Positions 50,048-63,340 of a stretch of DNA of 64,000 nt are shown piece by piece. The translations under genes were made by a program, and so were the position numbers. Below the pieces are notes generated by a model. It had not been told where the DNA came from. It saw only the letters and a list, made by a program, of their open reading frames with translations, and made no database searches. The stretch comes from Octopus bimaculoides (taxonomy: Eukaryota): assembly GCF_001194135.2 (NCBI RefSeq), contig NC_068982.1:41370717-41434716 (forward strand), given 5' to 3'. How positions within the stretch are numbered: position 1 is the first letter of the stretch; every line of letters starts with the position of its first letter.

Positions 50048-53000
50048 CTAAATCAAAGAATGGGGATTGAATATGGACCATTATGGATCAAAAGTAACTT
50101 CAAAATGAAAGATTTTTTTTTTCAGTATTAGAAGTAAACTATAACTCTAGTAGAGTTGCTAAAAGACTAAGCAGTAATTCTATCATGAGTGCTAAGAGAA
50201 ATAAAATCACACTTTGTAAATAATTCTATCTCTTTGACTTTGCTTACCAACCCTTCAAGGTTGGTCAAACAAGTGTCAATGACACACAGAGTACAACAAA
50301 TTCAATATTCTTTCATTTCACAATAAAAGGATGTACAAGAACATATAAAAGCTAAAGAAAACTGCACTAATATAAAACAGATTTTAAATCAACACTCTCT
50401 GAATGTTCTATTGAATAGGTCTAAGGTAATCTGAAAAGTTAATAGTGATACTTGGTGATAGTATTACTAAGTAGATACTGGTATCAAGGTTAGTGAAATA
50501 AAAAAAAAAGTCAGGATTTGAGCCAGGCTCCAAAATGATGGTGGTGATGGTGTAGTTGGTGGGTTTAATTTTGATTACATTGAAGAATGTGTGGAGAAAC
50601 TGGTATGAGAAACATTGTGTAAATATATAACATCTTGTTAAAGACGTTTGGCAATAAAGATGATCCATGGTTACTATATTCACAAGTAATAGAGCAAAAA
50701 CCTCTTGTGTGCAACAAAGCCAGGAAGAAAAGCAATGATAAAAGCACAAAATATTATGTATGTATGTGTACGAATTACATAAATTGCTAAACACTGTTTC
50801 CAATTAGGGAAAAAGTACTTAATACATTGTAGAGTGTGTAGATTTTATTAGGAACCAAAGCTACTTCAATTATAACGGTGAGTTACACCTTACTAATTAT
50901 TTGAACGATTGAAGTACGTAAGCAGTGTGGCAATATACAAGCAAAAGTATTTGTAATTATGATTTGCAATATGATTGGTCAGCAGTACATCAAGATCTAA
51001 TATTGACTATTGATGAAGTTAGAAAATGTGCTATACACATATCTAATCAATTGCCATGTGCAGAATGTGATATTTTCATCTATTCAAGAAAAAAAAATAT
51101 GAAGCTTTCATGTCTTCAGTATTACATTTGTAAGCAGACATAAGCAAGAGAGCTATTTTCACTAAAGTTTTGGTGTCGATGAACAAAATAATTTAAAAAG
51201 AAGAAAATTATATGACAAATCCACCATATAGGAAATAAACTATTTCAACCAGTTAGTAGTTGGGAAACCATTAGAGGTTAGCAATGAGAATAGTTGCAAG
51301 ATTTCACTAGTGATAAAAGATTCAACCTCTCTGAGACAGAGATCACGTCTTCAAGAACCATTACTAAGGAGTGTGTTCTAGCATGGACCAATCTATTTTA
51401 CAATTGTTAATAGTATCATTTAAACTCCAGCTATATTAGGAAAGACTTCTGAATGTTTGAATGTCATACAATGTAAAAATCTTTCTTAAAGCTGTTTGGT
51501 TACCAACATACTCCAGACCACTTTTCATTTCATTTTTCAAATGGTTACATTAAAAAAAAAAAAACCTTCCATCATAATTTCAGGTAGCTTAGTAATAATA
51601 ATATTAGTTATTTTTACCAAATCTCTTTAAATTCTTGATCATTTTCAAACCTAATTGAAACCAGTGAACAGTGAATTTCATTAAATATATAGTCAGGAGA
51701 GGGTTAGAGAGATTTTCAGTAAGTCCTATATACCATTTTGTTCCATAGTTATCTGCAGAAAAGCTTTAAAACTAATACATTACTGTCACTCCATCAGTTA
51801 TGATGACAAAAATTCCGGTTGATCCAATCAATAGAAAACTTTGCTTGTGAAATTAATGTGCAAGTGGTTGAGCACTCCATGGACATGCACATCCTTAGGG
51901 TGGCACAAAATGTGACATGGCTGATCCTATGAGTTACAAGTATAACTCATTTTTGTCAACTGAGTGGACTGGAGCAACAGGGAATAAAATGTCTTGTTCA
52001 AGAATATGACACACCATTGGGAATCGATCTCATGGCTTTATGATCGCAAACCAAATACTCTGACCACTAAGCCACACACCACTGAAAGGGTAGATATTAG
52101 GGTTGTTGAAATTACACAGAGTTTTGCAATATTTCTATTTGTATTGGTTATGGAGGTAGTGAAGATTTTGGTAAAAGTGTGGCTAATGGTGACACTATAT
52201 AAAAGAAAAAAAATCTTGTATTTATGGATAATTATACTGTTCTGTCTGTGATGCATTCTATCTTCTACGTTTTCAAATATTTTTACCTATGTATTGTTAT
52301 GCTGCTTCCTACTTCAATTGTTAAAGTGAAACTCAAACTTACAATTCAAGAAACTTCAAATTCCAATAGTAATAATTCCTATATACATACATATATATAT
52401 ATTTGTCACAACTCAATAAAAACAGCATTGAAAAAAAAAAAAAGGAAGCAAAAAGATGAAGTAAAGCAAAGGAAAAATAACATTTCCTTGCCATATTAAA
52501 CTGGAGAAAAAAATCTTGAAAGATTTTTCATCCATAAATATCTAAAAATTCTCAATAAAACCCCAAACCTCAAGGTACCAAACAGATGAGGTGCAAGCTT
52601 CCATAAATTTTCCTCACCATTAAGGCAGCCCTAAATAGGCAAATCATGTGTTACAAAATATAATGGAATAAAGAAAAAAAATGTAGATAGGTGCAGGTAA
52701 GACTGTATGGTAAGAAGTTTGCTTTCCAACAACATAGTTCTGGGTTCAGTCCCACTACATGGCACCTTGGACAAGTGTCTTCTACTGCAGCCCTGGGCCA
52801 ACCAAAGCCTTGTGAACGGATTTGGTAGATGGAAACTGAAAGAAGCCTGTCATATATATGAGTGTGAGTGTGTGCGTGTTTGCTCCAATCCACTGGCAAT
52901 TGGTGTTGGTTTGTTTATGTCCCTGTAACCAATGGAATAAGTACCCGTCTTTAACTGAGCTTTATTCATTCAACTAAAACCCTACAAAGTGGTACCCCAG

Positions 53001-53224
53001 CATGGTCACAGTTCAACAGTACAACATATCTAGTATTGCTTGAAATCAAAATCAATAACCTAGTTAACCAATCAGGAGAATGTTAGTTGGTACATCATAT
53101 GGCTGCGATTCAAATTGCTACACTTGCTAATCGTGACAGCAGTAGGAGGAAAATAATCTAATGTTGAAATCAGAATTATAGAGCAAGAGTTTATACTAAA
53201 GTTGATCTATAATTTTATACAAAC

Positions 53225-53341
53225 CCGAGAAGTCAGAGGATGTGTGCTTTCAGTAATATCAAAAAAGTTTTCTGGTGATTTGTTTGGATTCTCCATATCC
53301 ATCCAGAATTGGTTTACATCTTTGGCTAAATCCTTAGGTAT
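53225..53341 (-). CDS. ARHGAP19: ARHGAP19-like, exon 6
   Basis: 117 bp, phase 0-0, ttgcAG/GTttgt. IPKDLAKDVNQFWMDMENPNKSPENFFDITESTHPLTSR. Confidence 0.75.
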
Positions 53342-53498
53342 CTGCAATGGAAATATAATGATGATAATTTATTAAAAAAAAATCACCCATATAAAGGTGG
53401 TGCCATAGCATGGTCTTGACCTCTGGCTGAAACCAGTAAAAGATAAAAGACAATAAAGTATGATACATGGAAATAGAAATACACACTAAAGAGTTTAC

Positions 53499-53585
53499 CT
53501 TAAATACATCACCAGCTTGCTCAATGATGAAAGTTGTAAGTTCAGAAAAGTTTTCTGCTGCCACATGGAATTCTGAAGGTGAGAG
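53499..53585 (-). CDS. ARHGAP19: ARHGAP19-like, exon 5
   Basis: 87 bp, phase 0-0, ctccAG/GTaaac. LSPSEFHVAAENFSELTTFIIEQAGDVFK is the final RhoGAP helix (F.I......F). Confidence 0.85.
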
Positions 53586-55379
53586 CTGGAGAGAGAGAAT
53601 GAACATTATTGAAGAGAGACCAAAACATTACATGTAAAATTATACCAGATAAAAAACAAGACAAAAACACCAAAAAACCCTAATAACCTTTTATTTCCTA
53701 GGGACACAGGGAAGGCAGAATAGTCAATTGAACTTATCATAATTTCCTTTTCTACTCTAGCCACAAGGCCCAAAATTTTTGGGGCGGGGACCAGTCAATT
53801 AGATCGACCCCAGTACACAACTCGTACTTAATTTATTGACCCTGAAAGGACGAAAGGCAAAGTTGACTTCAGTGGAATTTGAACTCAGAACCTAAAGACA
53901 GACGAAATATTGCTAAGCATTTCACCCAGCATGCTAACATTTCTGCCTTGAACTTATAATATCATACTGATTCTTGTTTTATTGATTATATCAAGAGTTA
54001 GACTCCATCGTGAAGAATTAACTATGATAGTAAAGTGTCTGATCAGATGCTCTACAATGCTAATTCATATGATTTACATAAATTATGATAACGTTATTCA
54101 ATACTTGAATTTGCAAGAGAAAATTTATCTTAAATGATGAGAAACCACTTCTGTTATCCATTATTTGTGTCAGAACTGTTCTGTGAAAATAGAGAGACAG
54201 CTAGCACGGCCAAAGTAAAACTGTAAAGTTCTTGGATAATGTGAACAAGGAATGATTGTCATCACATTAGACTGGGTTACCATCACCATTACAAGATTTC
54301 CAAGTTTACTTTTGAAGTGCTATAGCTGATACTTTGTGTAAAAATGAGCACTACAGAAATTCATTCTAAAAATTGTGATATCTTCAGAGGTTTTTTTCAA
54401 ATGTATATTGGTTGACTTGGAACACATTCTATAATGCAATTTTCCACAGAAAATTCTTTGCAAGAGTTGAAAATTAACACTAAAGTTGAAGCATACATAA
54501 ATTACAAATACATTGTAAAAGTTGATGCTATAAGTAATTTGGTTTCAAATTTTGACACAAGGCCAGCAAATTTGCAGGAGAGGTAAATCGATTACATAGA
54601 CCCCAGTGCTCTATTTGTATTTATTTTATTGAACCTAAAAAAATGAAAGGCATGGTGGAATTTGAACTCAGAATGTAGAGGCAGACGAAATTCTGCTAAG
54701 CATTTTGCTTGGCATGCTAGTGATTCTGCCAGCTCACTGTACTTCAGTGATATATAATATTAAAGACAAGCCAGAGTAAAAATCTATGTCACGCTACATG
54801 GGTTGCTAAACAGATTACATTAATTTTGGTGCATAACATTAATTGCACTAGTCTATTCATTTTGATTTCAATACCTTATTATTAGTTTCAAATTTTGGCA
54901 AAAGGCCAGCAATTCCAGGGAAGTGGGTAAGTCAATTACAATGACCCCAGTGCTCAAGTGGTACTTATTTTATCGACCCAAAAGGATGGAAGGTAAAGTT
55001 GAACTCAGAACATAAAGATGGATGAAATGCCACTGAGCATTTTGCCTGGTGTGCTAACAATACCTTAGTATTAATATAACAATTGCTTTAGAAAATATAA
55101 AAAAACTTTTATACTCTTATCACAATACAATATTTATGATTGCAGTGAAATGAGTGAAACAAGTAAAAGATAAAAGCAAAATAATTAGTTTTAACTGATT
55201 ATAGGGAAATCCATTTAAGTACACTATATGCTGAGTTGACTATGGCAATATTTTACATTATATAACTTTAAAAGGAAAGGGTCAGGAAACCAAAATTTCT
55301 TAAGAACTGATATTTTACTGATTTAAAAACAAAAATTCAATGAATGCCAAAGAGTGAATAAAATCAAATCAGGACATAC

Positions 55380-55594
55380 ATTTCTTGGGCAGAGGAAATG
55401 GGGTGCAAATATAGTGCCAAGAGATTTGGTTGTCATTCGATTTTTTTTCTCGGTTACAACTTTAGAGAGGAGATCAAGCAAACATTCAAGTAGTAAAGTG
55501 TTCTCTTTAGGGAGCAGAAGTATGAGCAGTTGGATGGCTTTTAGTACTTTCGCTTGCTTCTTGTTATTTTCCAGCTTACAGTGACGTGCCATTT
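55380..55594 (-). CDS. ARHGAP19: ARHGAP19-like, exon 4 (RhoGAP C-terminal half)
   Basis: 215 bp, phase 1-0. KVLKAIQLLILLLPKENTLLLECLLDLLSKVVTEKKNRMTTKSLGTIFAPHFLCPRN contains the LP..N..LL..L..LL and NxM...L..IFAP RhoGAP motifs. Confidence 0.93.
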
Positions 55595-56459
55595 CTGAAG
55601 AGAGAAAAAATATACAATATTGGAGTGAAACAAGGTGACATGAAATTCAGATTGTAATTAAGCAACTTAGACATAAAGAAGAAAAAAATTTGTTGGGCGA
55701 AACTGCTTCCCTCTGAATAGACATTAACAACATAGGTGCAAACATGGCCATGTAGTGTAAAAACTCATTTTACAACCACATTTGTCCTGAGCAGGATTTC
55801 ATTGCACAGCACCTTACATGAACATCTATAGCCTTGGGATGACAAATACCTCATGAACTGAATTTGGTAGATACTGTAGATAAGCCTGTTGTATGTATGT
55901 ACATACACACACACAAATAAAATGCTGAGATCCCAGAAATACCACCTTAGTCCTAGCTGGGCCCATGCAATACCTGGTTGTTTCTAGTGAATATTTCTCT
56001 TCTGTGTACCCACTAATTGTGGCCTACCAGAGCACACCTGACTAAAATTACTCCATACAGGTATGCATGACATGCAAACTGAATTGTATCCAGACACCAC
56101 CAAACTGATTACTTCATCACATGAAATAACTTCAACTCCTCAGCTGGGTCACTAAACCTGCTGCCGCTAGACTGTCTTCTTTGTCAGATGGTAGCATATA
56201 TGAAATTATCTGAAGTCACTGTTTTATTAAACTATTCACATGACCTGAATTGATCAATGGAATCCCATTACTTCACATCTAGAAATCGTCTTTCAACCCC
56301 ATTTCTCTGACTACATACATCTGAAGATACTATGGATACATTTACGTCTACAAAACAGAGCCAATTTATTAGATATTTACGACACCTACTATGCATTGAA
56401 TGCTATTATTATCTTTTGTTTCTTTCTCTACATGTGTATATTCATTCATTGTAATTTAA

Positions 56460-56660
56460 CCCTTTCATTACCAACCTGGCTGAAACCGGCTCTGGCTCTG
56501 AGTACAAGTTTTGAATCAAAATCTTCCACCAAACCTTAGTCACAATTTATGTTCCTAACACTAGCTGAATGATAACTAAGTTATTTTACTAAATTCTTTG
56601 TTATATTTAAAGTAATTGAAAGAAACAGAGCATCTCAAAATAAATACAGTAGCGAAAGGG
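56460..56660. mobile_element. piggyBac-type MITE (family 2)
   Basis: TTAA-CCCTTTCATTAC ... GTAGCGAAAGGG-TTAA. Related TTAA/CCCTTT-ended pieces near 33780-33995, 37850-38040 and 57530-57654. Confidence 0.7.
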
Positions 56661-56893
56661 TTAATGTCCTCTTTTCTATACTTGCATCATAGGTCTGATA
56701 GAATTTTCTAAGACAGATTTTCTCGTCCAGATACCCTTCCTGTTGCCAACCCTTATCTGTTTCCAAGCAAAGTAATATTTCTCCATGGCCAGACATGTTT
56801 TTCAAGGAAGGCTACAGATGGACATGGTGTGTATGATAGTGATGCTTGTTTACAATCATCATTTCAAGACAAGGCTACACATAAAATTCTTAC

Positions 56894-57103
56894 CTGTCAA
56901 TTGGATATGCGCTTTAGAAAATTTGTCCATCATAAGACATTCAGGAAGTTCTTTCAAAAAAGTTTTCAAAACAGAAGCACAATCATGAGGTGAGAATTTC
57001 CCACTTTCTAGATTTAATTCATTATTTTGAATAAGCATGCTTCTCAAAACACTTTGTCGGTTATTACTGCCTGTCTTACGGAATAAACCTTCACATTCAA
57101 TAT
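56894..57103 (-). CDS. ARHGAP19: ARHGAP19-like, exon 3 (RhoGAP, arginine finger)
   Basis: 210 bp, phase 1-1. NIECEGLFRKTGSNNRQSVLRSMLIQNNELNLESGKFSPHDCASVLKTFLKELPECLMM contains the catalytic EGLFR arginine finger and the LKxFLxELP motif. Confidence 0.93.
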
Positions 57104-57732
57104 CTGTAAAACAACAGCAATTTCATATTACAATATATATCAATGAGAGAATATACAGAATACATTTAAAGATAAAACATATATTTTACTTGAGACACTA
57201 TATATACAAGGTAATATCTAAAAAGCATAAGGGAACAGCTTAAAATCCACAAGCATTTTAGTTTCAGAGCATATATCTATTATACTTGCTAGGAAGTTAC
57301 AAAAAGAATAACAACATTAGCTAAATTAGTTTTGAAGGAGAAATGTCCATAATTAGCGTCAGAAAATCTGTTCAAGCAAGAAAAGAACAGAAAAAAAAGT
57401 ACAGGAATGGCAATGATACCTATATTTATGTTGATTAATCCTTTTGACATACTTCTGTTGAAATACACTGCCTTTATTTCAATTAATTTTAAAAATGAAG
57501 AATTTAGTAAAGTAACATTGTCATTATTTAAGCTGGTGTTTGGAACATAATTTAACAAAATTTTGATTGAAGATTATAATTTAGATTAATTTAAAACAGG
57601 AAGTTTGTATCATAAAACTATGAATACTCTGAGGAGGGTTCGTATCAAAAGGGTTAAACAGTTCAAATCACTCAAATCCCAAGCAAAATACATAAAAATG
57701 TAACAAAAAGAAAGAAACAACAGAACCCTTAC

Positions 57733-57822
57733 TTTCTTGATGTTTTAAAAATTCAATCAAACGAAATATTGAAGCAATGCTCTCTCCAGTTAACTGACTA
57801 CCAAACAGACCACTTTTACTTT
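57733..57822 (-). CDS. ARHGAP19: ARHGAP19-like, exon 2 (start of RhoGAP domain)
   Basis: 90 bp, phase 1-1, AG/GTaag. ESKSGLFGSQLTGESIASIFRLIEFLKHQE matches the GVIFGSPLTEEGIAQIYQLIEYL-type start of the domain. Confidence 0.85.
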
Positions 57823-58336
57823 CTGAAATAAAGAGAAAATATTAGCAAACAAGGAAGAATACTGTCAGAGAATTTATATGGTATGATCTTATGACAATCA
57901 AAATTTGTTTCAACCACCGCAACCTAGGTGATGTCAGAGCACTGTCTAATGTAGTGTTTTCTAACTACATTTGTTAGTCTAGCATACCATTTGATAACAA
58001 GTCTAATTGGCCAGAAACCTTCCTTAAAACTTCTGTAATAGTATTCAAAGGTTAGTGAAGTTGGATATACCTGGTGCTTAGTGAAATGAATTTTAGTACC
58101 CCAGGTTGGAAAGTACTGTTTACAGATATGTTAAATTATTTATTAAATTCCAATCATTATATATTCAAATCCTATGTTTTTAAATCTTTGCTCTTGAATA
58201 TATTTTTGTTACTATTATTCTTTCCATCATTTTAACTGATGGTAGAAGTAGACAATTATTGCTGTTCACTGTGACAAATGATTAGTTACACTAGGTCCAG
58301 CTTCTGTTACTGTCATTATTATTGTTGTTTCTTTAA

Positions 58337-59462
58337 CCCTTTGGCATTTAAACCATCCATATCAGGTCCATGTATCCTACTATTCTTATGCTCAAATTGG
58401 CCAGATCTGATCTGGTGAAAATTGGTGTGCATCAGGGATCTGTGTTGTCACTGTTGTTGTTTGCAATTGTGGTTGATGTAGTGACAGAGACTGCAAAAAA
58501 AGGGATTGATAATGGAGATACTGTTTGCAGATGACCTTGTTCTGATGAGTGAGACAATGGAGGGATTGAGAGAGAAGTTTTGGAAATGGAAGGAGGCGTT
58601 TGAAAGCAAGAGTCTGAAGGTAAACCTCAGGGCAGAAGGAGAAATGCTAGTAAGGTGGATCCATGTGGTGTATGTGAGAGGAGGGTAATGGCAAATGCAG
58701 TGTTGTGTATGAGATGTGAGAAATGGATTCATGGTAGATGTATGAAAATGAAGAAGGTGACCCCAAGACTGGCAAGTGAGTTTGTTTGTGGAAGATGTGA
58801 GAAAGGAGTTGGAGGGCTGGTGGAACCAGTGGAAATGCTATGTGACGAGGTGGAAATGGTGAGAGGGTTTTGTTATTTGGGAGAAAGGATGGATGTGAAG
58901 CAGCTGTGACAGCAAGAATGAGACTTAGCTGGGTGAAGTTCAGGGAATGTGGAGCATTGTTATATGGGAAAAGATTCTCATTGAAGATGAAAGGAAGGGT
59001 CTTTAGGAGTTGCGTGAGAGCTGCAATGCTGTATAGGAGTGAGATGGCAATTTTGAGAAGGGCCAAGAGAGCAATGGTGAGAGAAAGCTGTTTGATAAGA
59101 GGAAAACTGAGGAATTGATGGGGATGCTGGGGTTGGAGGAATCGGTGGAACAGCTGGCAAGGGTGAATGGAGTGCAGTGGTATGGGCATGTGTTGGGGAA
59201 GGTGCTTGAGTTTGAGGTAAATGGATCGTGAAAGTGAGGTAAACTGAGGAAACACAGAGGGAACAGGTGGAGGAGGAGATTGGGAGGATGCCCAAAACCT
59301 GGATTTAAAACACTGGATGATGATGATCTCTCACACCTACTCTACAATGTCATTCAAAACATAAACAATCACATTGTCAAAACTTTGATAATGCAGGATC
59401 AATTCAAAACAATGTGAATAAATATGCATAAGCTTTGACATAGTAATCTGAATGCTAAGGGG
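58337..59462. mobile_element. TTAA-flanked piggyBac-type MITE split by the RTE insertion
   Basis: Left part ttaaCCCTTTGGCATTTAAACC...GGCCAGATC (58337-58413) and right part CTCTCACACCTA...AATGCTAAGGGG (59324-59462) join into the same ~220-bp element seen intact at 18078-18297 and 30283-30511. Confidence 0.75.
58414..59323 (+). mobile_element. 5'-truncated RTE-like non-LTR retrotransposon relic with an internal PHD finger
   Basis: Frameshifted ORF2 pieces GVHQGSVLSLLLFAIVVDV..., LFADDLVL (RT catalytic motif), KVN, C4HC3 finger, FCYLG, ARMRLSWVKFRE, KGRVFRSCVRAAMLY. Ends in a (GAT)n tail; TGATCT is duplicated at both flanks. Confidence 0.88.
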
Positions 59463-60362
59463 TTTATTTTTCATCCTTCCATTAACATGCATAACAAGGA
59501 AGTAATAATTTATGAACCAGAGGTTGTATAATCGGAAAAGTTAAAGCATAAATATTCAAGCAGTATATCTGAAAATGAATCTTTTGTGAAACTCTTTTTT
59601 TCGTGTCAGATATTCCAAAATATTATCCAGGTATTTTTATTCCAAGGTATGAAAAATTTGAAGATACATAAAATGAGATAAATGAAGAGTAATTTTTCTG
59701 ACCCAAGATGGAGTACAATTTGAAAGTTACATTTACAGTTAAGAACTTTGTTACAACAAAAGGGAAAGGCAAGAAGCCAAGAAGTTAGTCAGACTCCTCC
59801 CAATCACTATCATTTAACTGCCATTTTTCATGCTGGTATAGGTTAGATGGTTCAAGAGAAGCCATCAAACCAGATGACTGTGCCTAACTGCAATGTCTGG
59901 TTTGGCATGGTTTCTACAGTTGGATGTCCTTCCTAACACCAACCATTTTAGAGTGTACTGGGTGCCTTTTATGTGGTGTCGGCACTAGTGAGGTCGCCAA
60001 GTAACCTGCAAAATGACTATTTTAATTAAGAGTTCTTGGTGGTCGTGATGTAGTTTAGCTTTAAGCCAGTAGACCTATGATTAATAGCACTGAAACCATA
60101 ATTATACCATCTTTTCTTTAGGAATAGCATACTCTGAACTACATTATTCAGTGTGTTCTTTATAAGATTAAAGAAATTTAGCTTCTATTTCTTGTATGAG
60201 GAAGCTGCATTAATTACTTTTAAGTATCAAATATTGAAGTACAATTGTGAGAAAACATGGATGCTAACTAATATCTAATTGTGGAAAAAGAAAAAAGAAA
60301 AGAAGCAGCAAATAGTTTTCAGTCTTGAACAAAATATGAAATTGTAATAAAGAATATCTGAC

Positions 60363-60555
60363 CATTTTTCTTTTTCCGGAGTGGAGTAAGAGGCTTTTTT
60401 GGTTTGTTGTCAGACAGTATTTCCTCCAAACCACTGTCATTTAAGTCAAGCACAACAGATAAGTGCATTAAACATAATGAGAAAAACTTCTCGGGCATAC
60501 AATTTCTGAGTCGGACAACACTCTTGTTGAACTCCTTCTGGAGTACTGACATCAT
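60363..60555 (-). CDS. ARHGAP19: ARHGAP19-like RhoGAP, first visible coding exon
   Basis: Acceptor ...tgtttAG directly before ATG ATG, donor GTcag (phase 1). MMSVLQKEFNKSVVRLRNCMPEKFFSLCLMHLSVVLDLNDSGLEEIL resembles the ARHGAP19 N-terminal segment (as recalled, VEKLRHEKPEIFTELVVSNITRLIDL). An additional upstream exon cannot be excluded. Confidence 0.8.
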
Positions 60556-61224
60556 CTAAACATTGAAAAAGAAAAAGAGAGAATAAATATGTTAAAAATA
60601 TAGAAGCAGATATATTACCCAAAAGGATCACCTAATCTCTGTAAATACAGAGAATAAAAAAAACATGCTTTCTATGACAGTTACAGTATTTTCCAGTATA
60701 CAAGTCAACATAGTCTATAGTGTAAACATTCAGACATTGTCATCACCTTTCCAAAACCTGATGCATTCCACATGGAATTTTTGGTCCTCCAAAGTTGTCT
60801 TGGTGTATAAGTCAACCTACCTCTTCGCCTTGTAAATTTTGGCCAGAAACATTTGACTTGTATACCGGAAAATATGGTAAAAACCAAACAGATTCCAATA
60901 ATGTTAGCAGTTTTCTGCTTTATCTGATCAGAAAACCGTAATAAGAAATGCAATTATTTAAAAAAAAAAAAAAAAAAAAATAACATCATTAGTGTCTAAT
61001 ATTTGGCTTTAATTCCTGAACAAATCTGTGACTGATTTTTTTACAAGTAATTTATAGTTCAATAGTTTGCTTTCTGATTTCTTGTACTTCTTTTGAGTGT
61101 GTCACTTAACTTAAAACCATAATCAAGGAGTCTTATGATCAAAAATATTCCAGTTGCCACCATCCACTTTTTTCTTTCAGACACACTATTCAATGTTAAA
61201 AAGCCACATGTACAATATTATTCT

Positions 61225-61440
61225 TATTTCTTTATTGCCCACAAGGGGCTAAACATAGAGGCGACAAACAAGGACAGACAAACGGATTAAGTCGATTACA
61301 TCGACCCCAGTGTGTAAACTGGTACTTAATTTATCGACCCCGAAAGGATGAAAGGCAAAGTCGACCTCAGAACATAACGGCAGACAAAATACCGCTAAGC
61401 TTTTCGCCCAGCATGCTGTTTCTGCCAGCTCGCCGCCTTT
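61225..61440 (-). mobile_element. SINE family B variant with an alternative 3' end
   Basis: Near copy of 228-461. Confidence 0.75.
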
Positions 61441-63306
61441 CATGTACAATATTATTCTATCACCATGATGTCCACTGTGTAGCTGAAGCTATTCTTTACA
61501 AGCTAGATCAGTGGTTCTCAACAAGGGTCTATATGGACCTTAAGGGTCCATATAAAATATTGTTAAAATTTATTCGCGATAAATTGGTTATAACCTCTTA
61601 CAATACACAAAATATTAAAATTTTTTTTTTTATATAAACTTCCTAATAATATTTAATTATAAGAATAGGATTTTTTAAACACTGAATACCGGACATTAAA
61701 TGATGATGATGAATGGCTAGGAGAGTCTATCTAAGTACAATAGGAATCAAAGGGGTCCATAGGTAAAAAAAATGATTGAGAGACACTGAGCTAGACAGTA
61801 GGGTAGAGTGTCTTTGTGAAAGGACATCAAAATAACTGGTGTAAAATCTTAGAATTCTGTGACAATATCTTCCGTTTATTGAAACCCAATAAGCCTGTAG
61901 TTGAACTGGATGTTAGTTCAACATGTATAGAAAGTTTGGTGAAGATTGGTTCCCTGGTTTGGGCAGCAAGATGGTGGCAGCCAGACAGAAATTGCCATTT
62001 ATATATAAGATTAGTTATTAGAGCAGTTAGCAGAAAAGATGAATGTTGGGAGCTAGCATACCCAACACTAGTCCTTCTGTACATAAACACAGCATCAACA
62101 CAACATTTATTCTCTCTATTAATAGTTTCTCAAGGCTATATTTGATGTGGTAGTTCTATTTGTTCCTTAAGTATAACCAAGGTTAAGAAGATTATGTCAT
62201 TATCATGTGCTTGATCCCACTGCCCAACACCTAGAGTGAGTATCTTCTTCCAAGGTCTCAGGTTAACTCACACTGGTCTGTACCAGTTCATGAGTAGTAG
62301 ACCTAATCTATTTCCTGTTCTTTTTTTTTTGCCTGTGGTAGAGTCCACTTTGTTGCAAGCACATACACTTGCTCTCTGGTCTCAGATAACCTAATATTTT
62401 GCCTCTTATAGTCTCGTCTCTGGAGCCTTTGCTAAATAAAGTCATTAATTGCTGCCCTTCCTCCTCTGATTAAGAGACACATATATACACTCACTAATAA
62501 CTGTCAACCATCAATCACTGTTACACCGAACTGGTGTGTGTATAATACAACAGAGGTTGTTTTCAGAAATCAGTAATCTAAATTGTGACACAAACCTTTC
62601 AACCAGAAAGTCCTGAAAGTGAAAGATTGGTTCTAATTTGTATGTGAGATATTTTCTTTCAACTCTGAGACACATATTTGCTGTGAATTGTCTATGTAAA
62701 GCAACAAGGATAAACAATTTTTATGGTACTACTGACAAATCCTCCAACATCCTCAGTAATTATATATTTAATTATGTGTATTTAAATCATTATAGTTCCA
62801 GCTATGTAACAGTACTGTTAGGAGTATGTACAATCTTTTCCTGTTTGTTCAGCTTCAGGTTATCTATGATTGAAGAGAACTAAGATCTAAAGTATTCTAG
62901 CCATGAATACCAAACCCCACCCTCCACCACCAAACATAGAATATCTAAGACTACATTACTGAATGAGTCCTTCCTTTTGCAGACTGCAATTTAAATGCTA
63001 TTTTTCTAATAACCTTTTGGCAAGTTTTTGTTCATGTTTAAATTTGTGTTTCAGTAACTGTCAGCTAGGGATCTTTTTTAAAACGGGGGCCACATTTTTC
63101 ATTAACGAAACACTTTGAAACTTGGAACACTGGTAGAATGTGTCATATAAAACATCTTTTTCTCTTAGTCTTCTTTAAAAAAAAAGAAATCCATAAGTTA
63201 TTCCATGTTAAAGTTGTCGTATTTCTGTAATTTCAACCAATCACTGACGTCCATTCAGCCGATATACATTAAGTGCCGACTACATAAACAAACGATTCTG
63301 AAACAA

Positions 63307-63340
63307 TTAACCCTAACCCTACGGTTAGGGTTAGGGTTAA
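63307..63340. repeat. Inverted mini-array of TTAGGG-type repeats
   Basis: ttaaccctaacccta-cggt-tagggttagggttaa: 15-bp perfect arms with a 4-nt loop. Confidence 0.9.

Noticed and set aside
50408-50803. 131-aa minus-strand ORF inside ARHGAP19 intron 6
   Set aside because: No similarity to the family; exons 6 and 7 already join in phase 0 with homology continuity.
63307-63340. Ancient chromosome end-to-end fusion site
   Set aside because: Only about two repeats per arm and the orientation is opposite to a telomere-telomere fusion.
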